A stretch of DNA of 64,000 nt from NCBI GenBank assembly GCA_034530615.2, contig JAVRCV020000083.1:55978-119977 (forward strand). The letters are read 5' to 3'. The translations under genes were made by a program, and so were the position numbers. The DNA is from Aulosira sp. ZfuVER01. GTDB taxonomy: Bacteria; Cyanobacteriota; Cyanobacteriia; Cyanobacteriales; Nostocaceae. Positions 40,132-50,983 of the stretch are shown in pieces. A model generated the notes under the pieces. The model was not told the DNA's origin. It did no database searches and worked only from the letters and a program-made list of their open reading frames with translations. How positions within the stretch are numbered: the stretch's first letter is position 1; each line of letters opens with the position of its first letter.

Positions 40132-41001
40132 TTAATAAGGTGGATAACCAAAATCATCTTCATCAGCGTAAATATAAGAACTAGAAACCCCTGCCATTTC
40201 TACCTTAGGCGTTTCTATTTTCACTGTTTCCTTACCAAATTCTTTGTAATCTTCAAAAGTCTTACAGATGATTGTCGATTCAGGTGAATCGGAAGCTATT
40301 AAATATTGTGTTAATGTCCCAACTGTTGGATGTTTAAAATCCACAGTAGAAGCAACCAGAACTGTATTTGGTTCAATCCCTCTTTCTTCACACTCAATTA
40401 TCGGAGAAAAAATTCCATGAGCGTGGAATAGCGGGCCTTTGGGTGTCAGAGGTTGCTTTCTGTATCCGGCATAAGCCTTTTCTAATTCAGCAACGAAACC
40501 ACTCACAACTTTACCTTGTTGATATTCGCAGTAGGTTTTACTGAAACTTGCTCCAGCTGCACCATTTAGAGTTAATTGTAGTGGTGTTTCATGTAAAAAC
40601 TTTTTATTTTCTCCAACTAGAAAAATTAAATAGCGAGTAAAAGTTTTAAATTTAAGTTTATCTGCTAAAAAAGCATCGTAATTGTCTTTGAGTGTACCCA
40701 ATTTAAGACCAGTTTCTCTGTCTTTCACAGACAATGGCCCGCGACGCACTATTACTAAGTGTGGAGTACTAGTAATAAATACAGTTTCCGATCCGGAGCT
40801 AAATTCATGCTCCACCTGTTGCCAATTATCGTCTGGTTGAAAGCCCACAGCCTGGGCATTATCCAGCTTCACAGCCAAACCATAAGACTGGATACCATCT
40901 GTGCCATACCGAGGATTAATCATCTGACACCAGGGGATGACTTGAGAAGGGGGTGCATTAAATTTCTCGTCCTCAAAGTCGAACTTAGCAGATGCTTTCA
41001 T
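40132..41001 (-). CDS. Conserved cyanobacterial hypothetical protein (DUF5895-like)
   Basis: 289-aa ORF with PWCQMINP and FLHETPLQLTLNGAAGASF; family name recalled, not searched. Confidence 0.75.
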   Translation of the reverse strand: MKASAKFDFEDEKFNAPPSQVIPWCQMINPRYGTDGIQSYGLAVKLDNAQAVGFQPDDNWQQVEHEFSSGSETVFITSTPHLVIVRRGPLSVKDRETGLKLGTLKDNYDAFLADKLKFKTFTRYLIFLVGENKKFLHETPLQLTLNGAAGASFSKTYCEYQQGKVVSGFVAELEKAYAGYRKQPLTPKGPLFHAHGIFSPIIECEERGIEPNTVLVASTVDFKHPTVGTLTQYLIASDSPESTIICKTFEDYKEFGKETVKIETPKVEMAGVSSSYIYADEDDFGYPPY

Positions 41002-41608
41002 CGTTTTAGGCTATCGAAAGTGTTTTGCTAAACAAGTGTATCAGTAGTCAACAGTCAACAGTCAAGAGCTAAGGGTGAAGGGACAAATCTTTAATTTTGA
41101 ATTGTTTGTTCCTCGAAAGTTCCGTTCTTCCTTGGCGTTCCAATACTCCACAGGAGAACCTGTCGGGTAGGGTGTACCCAGGATTTATCTCCTTGTTTTC
41201 CTTGCTTCCTCTGCTTCTTGATTAATCTGTTCTCAATCGATAATACTTTTGTACCACCTATCTAGTATATCGGGTCAATCCTCAAGATCTCTGCTTCCAA
41301 CCCACTACATAAGCTTTTGTTAGCAAAACTCAATAACATTTGCTAATGATTTACCGCGATCGCTTATTTTGCTGAATTGATGCAGGACTTACGGACTGTG
41401 CAAATTAATCATGCTGTCGTTTAAGACTTTTATTAATCATTGTTTGATACTAAATAAACCATGAAAAATAATTTAGTTCAAAAATCACAGAAATTAAAAT
41501 TTATTTATGCACAGATTATGAATATGCAAGGCAGGAAAGTCGGGCATTCATAAAGGTATTAAGCTATGAACATTTTTCAAACTCTATGTGAAAGAGTACT
41601 AGAAAAAA

Positions 41609-41824
41609 ATGCTGGTAGCGAGGGAGAATAGGCAAATGATTTTTGGGAAAATTGAGAGAGAATTGTTAGATATAGAACTTCATCCAATCTGTTATAAGAC
41701 TAAATTACCAGAGAAATTACAGTTATTGGTCGATAAAGAGCAAGGTAAGTGCGATATTTGGGAATACCAAAAGAATGATAATTTTCATGCGAAACCAAGC
41801 TATGCTAACGCTAGCGATCGCTAA
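41609..41824 (+). CDS. Hypothetical protein or frameshifted remnant
   Basis: 71-aa ORF; an upstream ATG at 41566 (MNIFQTLCERVLEK) would join it if one A were removed from the A7 run at about 41603-41609. Confidence 0.35.
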   Translation: MLVARENRQMIFGKIERELLDIELHPICYKTKLPEKLQLLVDKEQGKCDIWEYQKNDNFHAKPSYANASDR

Positions 41825-42339
41825 ACTCATACCAGTAAGTAATGGCTGATAATTCAATACAGTTCAGACAACAATAATTAACAACCAATGGATGAGGCAG
41901 TGCATTGAGTAGCCACTGTCTTGATGTTAGCGTAGTGGTGTTTGCCTCTTCCTCTCAGCTTTTGTCATACTTTGAATATATGTAACTCATTTAATGAGTT
42001 GAGTAGCAGGGATGCCGATTATTGATTTAGAGATGCACATAGCTGACATCTCAAACCAAATCCGCGTCTTAAACTTAGTATCAAATGTTGAACTACGTTT
42101 GAGTAAGTCTTACATAACTACTAACTAAATCTGTGACGTACTTGATTCTTTTTTTGGTACTTTACAGATGCAGAGTGTAGCCTTGCAATCATTTTGATGC
42201 TTTCAGATTTTTTCCGTTGATTGTTGCTTTGTTCCCCTACTTAAGTATCTTTAGGAAAACATCTACAGATGTTTCAGCAACCTAAGTCTACTGCGTAAAT
42301 CCATCATTAATTTCTTTCACTTAGCAAGAGAAGGAACCA

Positions 42340-43407
42340 ATGGCACACCTGTTTGAAGCATTCAGTATTCGTGAAGTTAGCTTTCGCAACCGCATTGCTG
42401 TTTCACCTATGTGTCAATATTCCAGTACTAATGGTTATGCGAATGACTGGCACAAGGTACATCTAGCTTCTCGTGCAGTTGGTGGTTCTGGTTTAGTGCT
42501 AACAGAAGCCGCCGCCGTAGAGCCTCGTGGACGCATTAGCCCCCAAGATTTAGGAATCTGGTTAGATGAACACGTTGAAAATTTAGCCCAGATTGTGGAA
42601 TTAATTCATAACTTTGGTGCTGTTGCTGGTATTCAACTTGCTCATGCAGGTAGAAAAGCAAGCACTGCTAAACCAAGCAAGGGAGGGAAATTTTTGGATG
42701 AAAATCAGGAGGGTTGGCGTCCTCTAGTTTCCAGTAGTGCGATCGCATTCAGCAAAGATAGCCCCATCCCAGAAGCCTTAAGCCTTGAAGGTATTCAACA
42801 AGTTACAGATGCTTTTGTCCAAGCTGCCAAACGTTCTTTAAAAGCTGGCTTTAAAGTAATTGAAATCCATGCTGCTCACGGTTATCTGTTGCACCAGTTC
42901 CTCTCTCCACTGGCTAACACTCGCACAGATGATTATGGTGGTAGCTTTGAAAACCGTACCCGACTGCTTAGAGAAGTCGTTCAGAGTGTACGAGAAGTGT
43001 GGCCAGAAACACATCCATTATTTGTACGGATCTCTGCCACTGATTGGGTAGATAAGGGTTGGGACATTGAGCAAACTATTGCTTTAAGTGACAAACTCAA
43101 ATCTTTAGGTGTAGATTTGATTGATTGCTCTTCTGGTGGGATTATACCAGGCATCAACATACCACATAAACCTGGTTATCAAACTCAGTTTGCCGAACGC
43201 ATCCGCCGTGAAGCAAATATTGATACAGGCGCAGTCGGCTTAATTACATCTCCCGAGCAAGCAGACCAAATTATTCGTACAGGAAGCGCTGACATAGTAC
43301 TGTTGGGACGTGAATTACTCCGCAATCCTTACTGGCCACACTTGGCGGCTAAACAACTAGGACACGATAAGCTCTGGCCAGTTCAATACGATCGAGCTTG
43401 GCTTTAA
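42340..43407 (+). CDS. NADH:flavin oxidoreductase / old yellow enzyme (NamA/YqjM-like)
   Basis: RNRIAVSPMCQYS, QLAHAGRKAS, EIHAAHGYLLHQFLSP, YGGSFENR, GRELLRNPYW. Confidence 0.93.
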   Translation: MAHLFEAFSIREVSFRNRIAVSPMCQYSSTNGYANDWHKVHLASRAVGGSGLVLTEAAAVEPRGRISPQDLGIWLDEHVENLAQIVELIHNFGAVAGIQLAHAGRKASTAKPSKGGKFLDENQEGWRPLVSSSAIAFSKDSPIPEALSLEGIQQVTDAFVQAAKRSLKAGFKVIEIHAAHGYLLHQFLSPLANTRTDDYGGSFENRTRLLREVVQSVREVWPETHPLFVRISATDWVDKGWDIEQTIALSDKLKSLGVDLIDCSSGGIIPGINIPHKPGYQTQFAERIRREANIDTGAVGLITSPEQADQIIRTGSADIVLLGRELLRNPYWPHLAAKQLGHDKLWPVQYDRAWL

Positions 43408-43429
43408 AAAGGTATTTCTAATGAGAAAG

Positions 43430-43670
43430 CAGGGGAGTAAGAGGAGACAAGGAGGAGCCACTGCGTTGGACGGGTTTCCGAGGCAGTCGCTTGCGGGGGT
43501 TCCCCCCGTTGTGCGGACTGCCGTCGGCTTAAAGCAAGTGGCGTGACAAGGGGGACAAGAGAGATGAGATAGGGAGGGGAGTGTGGGGAGAGAGGAGAGA
43601 AACGAACCACACTTTCTTTATTAGCTCCCCCGTCTTCCCCATCCTCCCACACTCCTTGTTTGCCCAATGC
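43430..43670. repeat. Nested SDR-like hairpins within purine/pyrimidine-rich short tandem repeats
   Basis: GAGCCACTGCGTTGGACGGGTTTCCG[AGGCAGTCGC...GGACTGCCGT]CGGCTTAAAGCAAGTGGCGT; the outer unit resembles the reverse complement of units at 28416-28489. Confidence 0.7.
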
Positions 43671-44097
43671 CCTCTTTCAAGAAACATGAAAATTTTAACC
43701 CCTTCTGCCCTCTGCCTTATTTCAGGCTATTCCCAATAAAGAAATTTTCATCCGTCCTGGTGTACGCCGAGAATGATGGCTACTTGTATCATATCTGTTC
43801 ACTAACTGTCATTATGAACTTTGTGATTGCTTGCCAAAGGTCGCAATGACATATTAAGGGTGATTTGCTGTATATAGTATTTTTTAGTAAAAATACTGAA
43901 TAGTTAGTGTTATTAATTATGCGATGTAAATATTAAAACATATTTTTACGGAGCAGATTTTTATTAATGTTTTGTATGAAAAATTAATATTTTTTTGATT
44001 TTTTTATCTAGATGTCAGGAAATGCTGAGATGCTGAGAATTTAGTTTGTTGATCTGAGCTATTCAGAGGTTAATGGCAGAGGTTCAACAGGCAAATC

Positions 44098-44111
44098 GTA
44101 TATTCCGATAC
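44098..44111 (+). promoter_or_regulatory. NtcA-binding site upstream of amt1
   Basis: GTA-TATTCCGA-TAC, exact GTAN8TAC; -10-like GACAAT at 44135-44140. Confidence 0.7.
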
Positions 44112-44603
44112 AGAATTATGATTTTGGTAACATAGACAATCAATCAAATTTATGAATGTGTTCATAAAAAGTTTGTTTACGGGGATAACTTACTTCCTGT
44201 AAAGCAGCTTTTATGAGTTCCAAACGCCAAGTTTGTAGAGCGCAAAGTTGTGTTATGGAGATGGATCTCTACTTTCTACAATGTTTTTAAATTTGTAATG
44301 GAGATTGATTGACGATTGCAAAAGCATCATAGTTAAAAATTAAAGATTCAGTGAACATGGCTGGACTGTTTGCAAAGCTAAATAAGAATTTTTTCTGAAG
44401 CGTTAGCCTAAAATTTGGCAAATTATTTACAAAAGTAGCAATAGTTTCTTAAACTTTTATTTAGGTTATTTTGTTTTCTGGGTGGCAAAACAAATTACCT
44501 AAACGATCAATATCAAAAACGACTTGATTAACATTCAAGCGTTAGTTTTGTCTACTTAGATATTGAACCATTAATCATGGTTGGGAGTAAAATGTTCAAA
44601 TTC

Positions 44604-46190
44604 ATGCACAAACAGAAATTAAGAACAAAAAATAGGCGTAGGTCTGTAAAGGCTTACTCTAAAACTTCACAATCTAGATCAATAATTCAGGTAATTAAGC
44701 GACTGTCTCCAAATTGGCAAGCCTGCTTATCTTTAGCTGCTCTGATTGTCTTAGGATGGAGCTACGCAGCATTTGCTCAAGCTCCATCTGCTGGGCCAAC
44801 AACTGCGGAACTAAAAGTTGCTATTGATACTTTATGGGTAGCGATCGCTGCCTTTTTGGTATTCTTCATGAATGCTGGTTTTTGTATGTTAGAAACCGGC
44901 TTCTGTCGTCAAAAAAATGCTGTTAACGTTCTTGCCAAAAACTTAATTGTATTTGCCCTATCTACATTCGCGTTCTGGGCAATCGGTTTTGGGTTAATGT
45001 TTGGCGATGGTAATGACTTTATAGGACTTAATGGGTTCTTCCTCGCAGGAGCAGATAACAGTCCCGCAACCGGAGATGCCTACAAAGGTATTTTTAGCGC
45101 TCTCAATTGGACAGGGGTTCCTTTAGCAGCTAAGTTTTTATTTCAGCTAGTGTTCGCAGGAACAGCCGCCACAATTGTTTCTGGTGCAGTTGCAGAACGA
45201 ATTAAATTTGTTGACTTTTTAATTTTCAGCCTCTTACTCGTAGGTATTGCCTACCCGATTACCGGACACTGGATTTGGGGTGCTGGTTGGCTGGCTGATA
45301 TGGGTTTTTGGGATTTTGCTGGTTCTACAGTAGTTCACTCGGTTGGTGGCTGGGCAGCTTTGATGGGAGCAGCATTTCTCGGGCCGCGCATTGGTAAATA
45401 TCAAGATAAGCAAGTTGTAGCCCTACCCGGCCACAACATGAGTATTGCTACTTTGGGCTGTTTAATTTTGTGGTTGGGCTGGTTCGGTTTTAACCCCGGT
45501 TCAGTGATGGCGGCTGACCCAGGCGCCATTACTCACATTGCTTTAACAACTAACATGGCAGGAGCAGTTGGTGGGATTGCGGCTACAGTTACAGCTTGGC
45601 TGTACTTAGGCAAGCCAGACCTTTCGATGATTATCAACGGCATTTTGGCTGGCTTGGTTGGTATTACTGCATCTTGTGCTTACGTTAACATTGGTAGTTC
45701 TGTCATCATTGGCTTAGTTGCTGGAGTAATAGTAGTTTTCTCTGTTCCTTTCTTTGATAAGCTCGGCATTGATGACCCAGTAGGAGCAACCTCTGTTCAC
45801 TTAGTTTGTGGTATCTGGGGAACTTTAGCCGTTGGTCTGTTCGCTGTTGGGCCTGGTGGCTATCCTTGGCTCGTTGACTTAGCAGGTAAACCAATAGGCC
45901 CACATGGGTTATTGTTCGGTGGTGGTTTCGGAACACTAATTCCCCAAATAGTAGGTATTCTCTCTGTTGGTGGTATCACTGTACTTCTTAGCAGTATCTT
46001 CTGGTTGGCACTGAAGGCTACTTTAGGTATCCGGGTAACTCGCCAAGAAGAGTTGGAAGGTTTGGATATCGGCGAACACGGTATGGAAGCCTATAGCGGA
46101 TTTATCACTGAAACCAGTACAGATGGATTTTCTCAAGGTTATAGTTCTGGAGATATTCCACAAGGTAGTGACATACCAAATACCCTTTAA
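44604..46190 (+). CDS. amt1: Ammonium transporter, Amt1 type
   Basis: [64 protein letters not shown]; alternative starts at 44577 and 44592. Confidence 0.93.
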   Translation: MHKQKLRTKNRRRSVKAYSKTSQSRSIIQVIKRLSPNWQACLSLAALIVLGWSYAAFAQAPSAGPTTAELKVAIDTLWVAIAAFLVFFMNAGFCMLETGFCRQKNAVNVLAKNLIVFALSTFAFWAIGFGLMFGDGNDFIGLNGFFLAGADNSPATGDAYKGIFSALNWTGVPLAAKFLFQLVFAGTAATIVSGAVAERIKFVDFLIFSLLLVGIAYPITGHWIWGAGWLADMGFWDFAGSTVVHSVGGWAALMGAAFLGPRIGKYQDKQVVALPGHNMSIATLGCLILWLGWFGFNPGSVMAADPGAITHIALTTNMAGAVGGIAATVTAWLYLGKPDLSMIINGILAGLVGITASCAYVNIGSSVIIGLVAGVIVVFSVPFFDKLGIDDPVGATSVHLVCGIWGTLAVGLFAVGPGGYPWLVDLAGKPIGPHGLLFGGGFGTLIPQIVGILSVGGITVLLSSIFWLALKATLGIRVTRQEELEGLDIGEHGMEAYSGFITETSTDGFSQGYSSGDIPQGSDIPNTL

Positions 46191-46208
46191 GCTCACCCTA
46201 AATTTGTC

Positions 46209-46237
46209 AGCAATAGTTTTTACTGTTGCTCTTTTTT
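46209..46237 (+). terminator. Intrinsic terminator of amt1
   Basis: AGCAATAGT-tttt-ACTGTTGCT followed by CTTTTTT. Confidence 0.65.
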
Positions 46238-46347
46238 AAATTTAGAGTTTTTTAGTTGTATCTCATAAAAACCCACTCCTTTGGCTTTCATAGTCATACA
46301 GGAGATGGGATTTTTATTTCAAATTTTATAACTCATAATTCGCTCAA

Positions 46348-46671
46348 ATGATTAAGTCCTTATTTTATTTTTTATCGGCTGGTTTATGTGAAATTGGAGG
46401 TGGTTACTTGATATGGTTATGGTTACGAGAAAATAAGTCTATTTGGTGGGGAGTATTAGGTGGAATAGCCTTAGCTATCTATGGCATGATAGCTACCCTC
46501 CAACCTGCAAATTTTGGCAGAGTTTATGCTGCCTATGGTGGTGTATTTATTATGATGGCGATGCTTTGGGGATGGAAGGTAGATGGTGAAGTTCCAGACA
46601 GATACGACCTAATAGGAGGCTGTTTAAGCTTGGTTAGTGTTTTCATTATTATGTATGCACGCAGAATATAG
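46348..46671 (+). CDS. YnfA/UPF0060 family small membrane protein
   Basis: AGLCEIGGGYLIWLWLRE, FGRVYAAYGGVFI, PDRYDLIG. Confidence 0.9.
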   Translation: MIKSLFYFLSAGLCEIGGGYLIWLWLRENKSIWWGVLGGIALAIYGMIATLQPANFGRVYAAYGGVFIMMAMLWGWKVDGEVPDRYDLIGGCLSLVSVFIIMYARRI

Positions 46672-46762
46672 CGGTTCTCGTTTGGATGCAATACACAAGA
46701 GGGTACAGCATGGCTGTGCCACTACGAATGGTCTGTATTCTATGCAATTAAGAATCGCTATA
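46667..46762. mobile_element. 96-bp MITE-like element with TATAGCG-type terminal inverted repeats and an internal REP-like hairpin
   Basis: TATAGCGGTTCT...AGAATCGCTATA; internal GGTACAGC-atg-GCTGTGCC; its left end contains the ynfA-like stop codon. Confidence 0.6.
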
Positions 46763-47172
46763 TAGGCAAGGCTGACTTGCAGGAGATCCCATAACAATAA
46801 ATTTACAAACCTTGGATCTAGCAAGAGTTATGTGTTAGGTGGAAATTAAATGATGACATAAATGTGCAACTTCGCTGTTAAACCTAATGAGAAAGTTTCC
46901 GATTTATCCAACTCTTACTTTTGACTTAGTTTGTAATACTAACTAGCTAATACCATAAAAAGTGAAAATTTTTGTAGTATTTCAACAAAATTATATGAAC
47001 CAAATATAAAAAATGTAATTTTGGTATCTTTATATAATTATTCAATATTTGCCATATCCTATTAGTATTATATTTTTATAAACCTTTCTAAATAACTGAA
47101 GTTGAATAGCTTCTTAGGCAAAATAGAGTATAAAAAAATACTCTACTGTCTGAGCAAGACACTCAAAAATGT

Positions 47173-48612
47173 TTGGTGTTCAGGGACAAAAAAGTGTTGA
47201 AGAAAGTTGTCATGATTGGGGCTATGGCCCTATTGCTGCTGGGGGGACCGCTGACGGGCAATGCCCTAGCCCAAGCGGCTGCTACTCCTCCACCTGCTGC
47301 CGATACTGGAGATACAGCATTTATGCTGATTTCAGCAGCGCTCGTTCTGCTGATGACACCAGGATTAGCATTTTTCTATGGTGGGTTTGTGCGATCGCGT
47401 AACGTCCTAAACACATTGATGATGAGCTTTGTGTTGATGGCGATCGTGGGAGTTACCTGGATTCTGTGGGGTTATAGCCTTTCCTTTGCACCGGGAACGC
47501 CTTTCATCGGTGGATTGCAGTGGTTAGGTTTGAATGGTGTGGGTTTAGATGTCACTGGTTATCTTAAAGGCTCCAACCCACCTGAGGTTGTTTCTTATGC
47601 TGGGACAATTCCCCACCAGGCATTCATGATCTATCAAGCCATGTTTGCCATTATCACCCCAGCCTTAATTTCCGGGGCGATCGCAGAACGGATGAGCTTT
47701 AAAGCTTATGCTCTATTTGTACTGCTGTGGTCAACCTTTGTTTACACGCCCCTAGCTCACATGGTATGGGCTAAAGGCGGATTTTTGGGCTTGTACGGTG
47801 GTTTGGGTGCCCTTGACTTTGCTGGTGGTACAGTAGTCCACATTAGTTCGGGTGTTTCTGCACTCGTAGCTGCGATCGTTCTTGGCCCCCGAAAAAGCCA
47901 TCCCGATCGTCTCAGCCCTCCGCACAACGTTCCCTTCATTTTGCTAGGTGCTGGCTTACTCTGGTTTGGCTGGTTCGGCTTCAATGCTGGGAGTGCCTTA
48001 TCTGTTGCTGGTGGCACTTCGGGGAACTTGGTAACAAATGTAGCCACAACAGCCTTTGTAGCCACTAATACAGCAGCAGCCGCAGCAGCATTAATGTGGT
48101 TAATTTTGGAAGCAGCTTTACGCGGTAAACCGACAGCAGTCGGCGCAGCTACAGGAGCCGTTGCTGGGTTAGTGGGGATTACTCCAGCAGCAGGATTTGT
48201 CACCCCCCTCTCAGCTATTTTTATTGGCTTCCTCACCGCTTTAGTTTGCTTTTATGCGGTGAGTTTCAAGCACAAATTACAAGTTGACGATGCTTTAGAT
48301 ACTTACCCTGTGCATGGCGTTGGTGGTACAGTTGGCGCTATTCTCACAGCTATCTTTGCAACTGTAGAAGTCAACGCAGGTGGTAAAAATGGTGTGCTGA
48401 AAGGTAATTTTGGCGAACTAGGGGTCGAACTAGCTGCCATTGTGATTGCCTATGTGATTGCTGCGGTGGGCACTTGGATCATTCTGAAGATTATTGATGC
48501 TACAGTCGGTCTGCGCGTCAAGGAAGAAGCTGAATACCAAGGTTTGGATATTAACGAACACGGGGAAGAAGGTTACAACTCCGAGTTTAGCGATCGCATT
48601 AACGTTCCCTAG
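47173..48612 (+). CDS. amtB: Ammonium transporter, AmtB type
   Basis: DTGDTAFMLISAALVLLMTPGLAFFYGG, YQAMFAIITPALISGAIAER, DFAGGTVVH, LWFGWFGFNAGS, DDALDTYPVHG; start uncertain. Confidence 0.93.
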   Translation: MVFRDKKVLKKVVMIGAMALLLLGGPLTGNALAQAAATPPPAADTGDTAFMLISAALVLLMTPGLAFFYGGFVRSRNVLNTLMMSFVLMAIVGVTWILWGYSLSFAPGTPFIGGLQWLGLNGVGLDVTGYLKGSNPPEVVSYAGTIPHQAFMIYQAMFAIITPALISGAIAERMSFKAYALFVLLWSTFVYTPLAHMVWAKGGFLGLYGGLGALDFAGGTVVHISSGVSALVAAIVLGPRKSHPDRLSPPHNVPFILLGAGLLWFGWFGFNAGSALSVAGGTSGNLVTNVATTAFVATNTAAAAAALMWLILEAALRGKPTAVGAATGAVAGLVGITPAAGFVTPLSAIFIGFLTALVCFYAVSFKHKLQVDDALDTYPVHGVGGTVGAILTAIFATVEVNAGGKNGVLKGNFGELGVELAAIVIAYVIAAVGTWIILKIIDATVGLRVKEEAEYQGLDINEHGEEGYNSEFSDRINVP

Positions 48613-48694
48613 TAATTAGAGAATTTTGCCATCAATCGCTTGTCCAAGTCCTGTGGGCTATGAAGCGTGAGCAATTGTATCTCAACAACTCCTA

Positions 48695-48736
48695 GCCCTC
48701 TGAGTGTTTGCCTTACATAGGCAATCTTCAGAGGGC
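48695..48736. terminator. Long hairpin downstream of amtB
   Basis: GCCCTCTGA...TTGCCT-tacat-AGGCAA...TCAGAGGGC. Confidence 0.5.
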
Positions 48737-48940
48737 AGTTGTGTTTTTACCAAATTTATTGTGCTACTGTGCTGACAAAAGTCTCGCAAGTGCAAAATCT
48801 ATCTAATCTCAGGGTGAGAATGTGCAAAAATATTCGTTTTGTTACCCAAACTGGGAATACAGATAAAACTCAACAGCAACTTCTAAACGGATTTATATTA
48901 AAGTTCTTCACCCAAAAATTCAAACTTTAAACATACTTTT

Positions 48941-49870
48941 ATGAACCAATTGTCTTCTAAAGATTGGATGTTGATTAAACACCAAATAACTCCTTATTTA
49001 TTTTTGCTACCTGCCTTACTAATTTTGGGATTAACTGTCTTTTGGCCTGCTTGGCAAGCATTTTACCTCAGTTTTACGAGCTATGAAGATCTTGCACAGC
49101 CACCACAATGGATAGGTATTACTAACTTCCTCAAGCTTTGGCAAGATGCAGTTTTTTGGCAAACTTTAACAAATACTTTCTTATATCTTGTGGGTGTAGT
49201 GCCAATTCTCGTAATTGCTCCTTTAGCTTTGGCAATTTTAGTCAATCAAAAATTAGGGGGAATGAATTGGTTTAGGGCTGCATATTATACCCCAGTGGTA
49301 ATTTCAATGGTTGTTGCAGGAATAGCTTGGAAATGGCTGTATGCAGAAAATGGCTTACTTAATCAGTTTTTTAAAGCTGTGGGTATTTTCCCAGAAGGAA
49401 TTCCCTGGCTAACTAGCCCCAGCAAAATTTTTGGCATTTTGCCTATTTCTTTGGCAAGTGTGATGGCTGTTACTGTGTGGAAAGGTCTAGGCTATTACAT
49501 GGTAATTTACTTAGCAGGTTTACAATCTATTCCCGCTGATGTATATGAAGCCGCAGCAATTGACGGTTCAGATGGTATCCGCAAACATTGGGATATTACT
49601 ATACCTTTAATGAGACCTTATCTAGCTCTAGTAGCGGTAATTTCAGCAATTTCTGCTACCAAAGTATTTGAAGAAGTGTACATTATGACCCAAGGAGGGC
49701 CACTTAATAGCTCAAAAACAATTGTTTACTATTTGTATGAGCAAGCGTTTAGTAATTTAGAAATTAGTTATGCTTGCACAATTGGACTAGTGCTATTTTT
49801 AATAATTTTGGGTCTATCAGTTTTGCGATTAGTTATAGATCGTCAAGGCAATGACAATATCACAATTTAA
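48941..49870 (+). CDS. Carbohydrate ABC transporter permease (CUT1, LacF-like)
   Basis: YLFLLPAL, TVWKGLGYYMVIYLAGLQSIP, EAA motif YEAAAIDGSD, MTQGGP. Confidence 0.92.
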   Translation: MNQLSSKDWMLIKHQITPYLFLLPALLILGLTVFWPAWQAFYLSFTSYEDLAQPPQWIGITNFLKLWQDAVFWQTLTNTFLYLVGVVPILVIAPLALAILVNQKLGGMNWFRAAYYTPVVISMVVAGIAWKWLYAENGLLNQFFKAVGIFPEGIPWLTSPSKIFGILPISLASVMAVTVWKGLGYYMVIYLAGLQSIPADVYEAAAIDGSDGIRKHWDITIPLMRPYLALVAVISAISATKVFEEVYIMTQGGPLNSSKTIVYYLYEQAFSNLEISYACTIGLVLFLIILGLSVLRLVIDRQGNDNITI

Positions 49871-49991
49871 GTAGATCGGTACAATTCAAGATAACTAGTT
49901 AGGACTATCATTTGTCATTGCTAAATATTTCAAGAGTGTTTTCCCAGTAGTTCTAACGATCTACCTAGTTTAGGTTTAGAAGTTTCAATGT

Positions 49992-50092
49992 AGGGGAGCC
50001 AGTCGTATAGAACTGGCGTTGTGTTGTTGTGCAGCGCAACGCACCGTCAATAGTTCAGGTGCGTTAGCATACGGCATAACACACCCTACTGG
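49992..50092. repeat. SDR-like short hairpin plus a REP-like element
   Basis: GAGCCAGT-cgtatag-AACTGGCGT; AACGCACC...GGTGCGTTAGCATACGGCATAACACACCCTAC. Confidence 0.5.
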
Positions 50093-50194
50093 CGAATGGC
50101 TTTTACAGACAGATAAATATCGGTGTTTATCTGCATGCATCTATGGTTTCTTTTGGTCTTATCTGGATTTTTGCAAGAGTTCTAATACCTAGAT

Positions 50195-50983
50195 TCAATT
50201 AATGACAGTGAAGACACTTTGAATAGCTTTGACACGTCTTCTTTGATCTAACGCTATACAAGACCAACGCCAGCGTTCTGTCATTAAAGGATACGTCTGC
50301 AAGCGACTTTGGTAATAAGTGTTATTTGGGTTGGCACAAATACCAAACAACCCTCTATAAACACCTCTTTCCAGATTTATGTTTCCTGCTGACAGTTCCC
50401 CTGATTCATCACGAAAAGCCTCTACCCGTGCCCACAAAATTGCTTCATGACCTTGCAATCCCCGGTTAAGTGCAGCGCGATAAGCAGCGGGAAAAGCATC
50501 GCTGACTCTGGGAGATGCTTGATTCCATAAATCAGTTGCGTTTACAAATGCTTCTAAATAGTGTTCGGGATTTAGCCCTACACGCTTCATTCTTTGGATT
50601 AGGCGAGGAATACGGCTTTGCGTGCGTTGTAGACATCCAGCATCAGCATTTGCCAAATTAGAACCACCTCTTCCTTGATCTGAACACCAACCTCTATTTA
50701 TCAAGCCATTACCCGGATCAATATTTTGAAAATAGTTCTGGGTTTTGCTGCCATCAATCTCACAATTTCCCTCAGCTATGCAAATAGCCAGTACCCCAAC
50801 AGAAGAATTATTGGCAAATAGAGAGTCGAGTCTTCCAGAATATGAGGCGCTAATTCCTGAGATAGACTCTACACTACTAGAGACTAATTTAATGGTCGGT
50901 GCACTAATTACAAAAGCACTAACAATGGTTAACAATAGGGTGCTGAGTAAATCCCAGACAATCCCTAACAACGAACGGTTCAT
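50195..50983 (-). CDS. Hypothetical exported or membrane-anchored protein, possibly lysozyme-like
   Basis: N-terminal hydrophobic helix; AICIAEGN...YFQNIDPGNG...NATDLWNQASP...DQRRRVKAI. Confidence 0.7.
   Translation of the reverse strand: MNRSLLGIVWDLLSTLLLTIVSAFVISAPTIKLVSSSVESISGISASYSGRLDSLFANNSSVGVLAICIAEGNCEIDGSKTQNYFQNIDPGNGLINRGWCSDQGRGGSNLANADAGCLQRTQSRIPRLIQRMKRVGLNPEHYLEAFVNATDLWNQASPRVSDAFPAAYRAALNRGLQGHEAILWARVEAFRDESGELSAGNINLERGVYRGLFGICANPNNTYYQSRLQTYPLMTERWRWSCIALDQRRRVKAIQSVFTVIN

Noticed and set aside
39972..40287. Short ORFs between mltA and the DUF5895-like gene
   Set aside because: Composed of repeat-derived low-complexity translations
46933..46946. NtcA-like GTA-N8-TAG upstream of amtB
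   Set aside because: Imperfect match in AT-rich DNA and no convincing -10 at the expected distance
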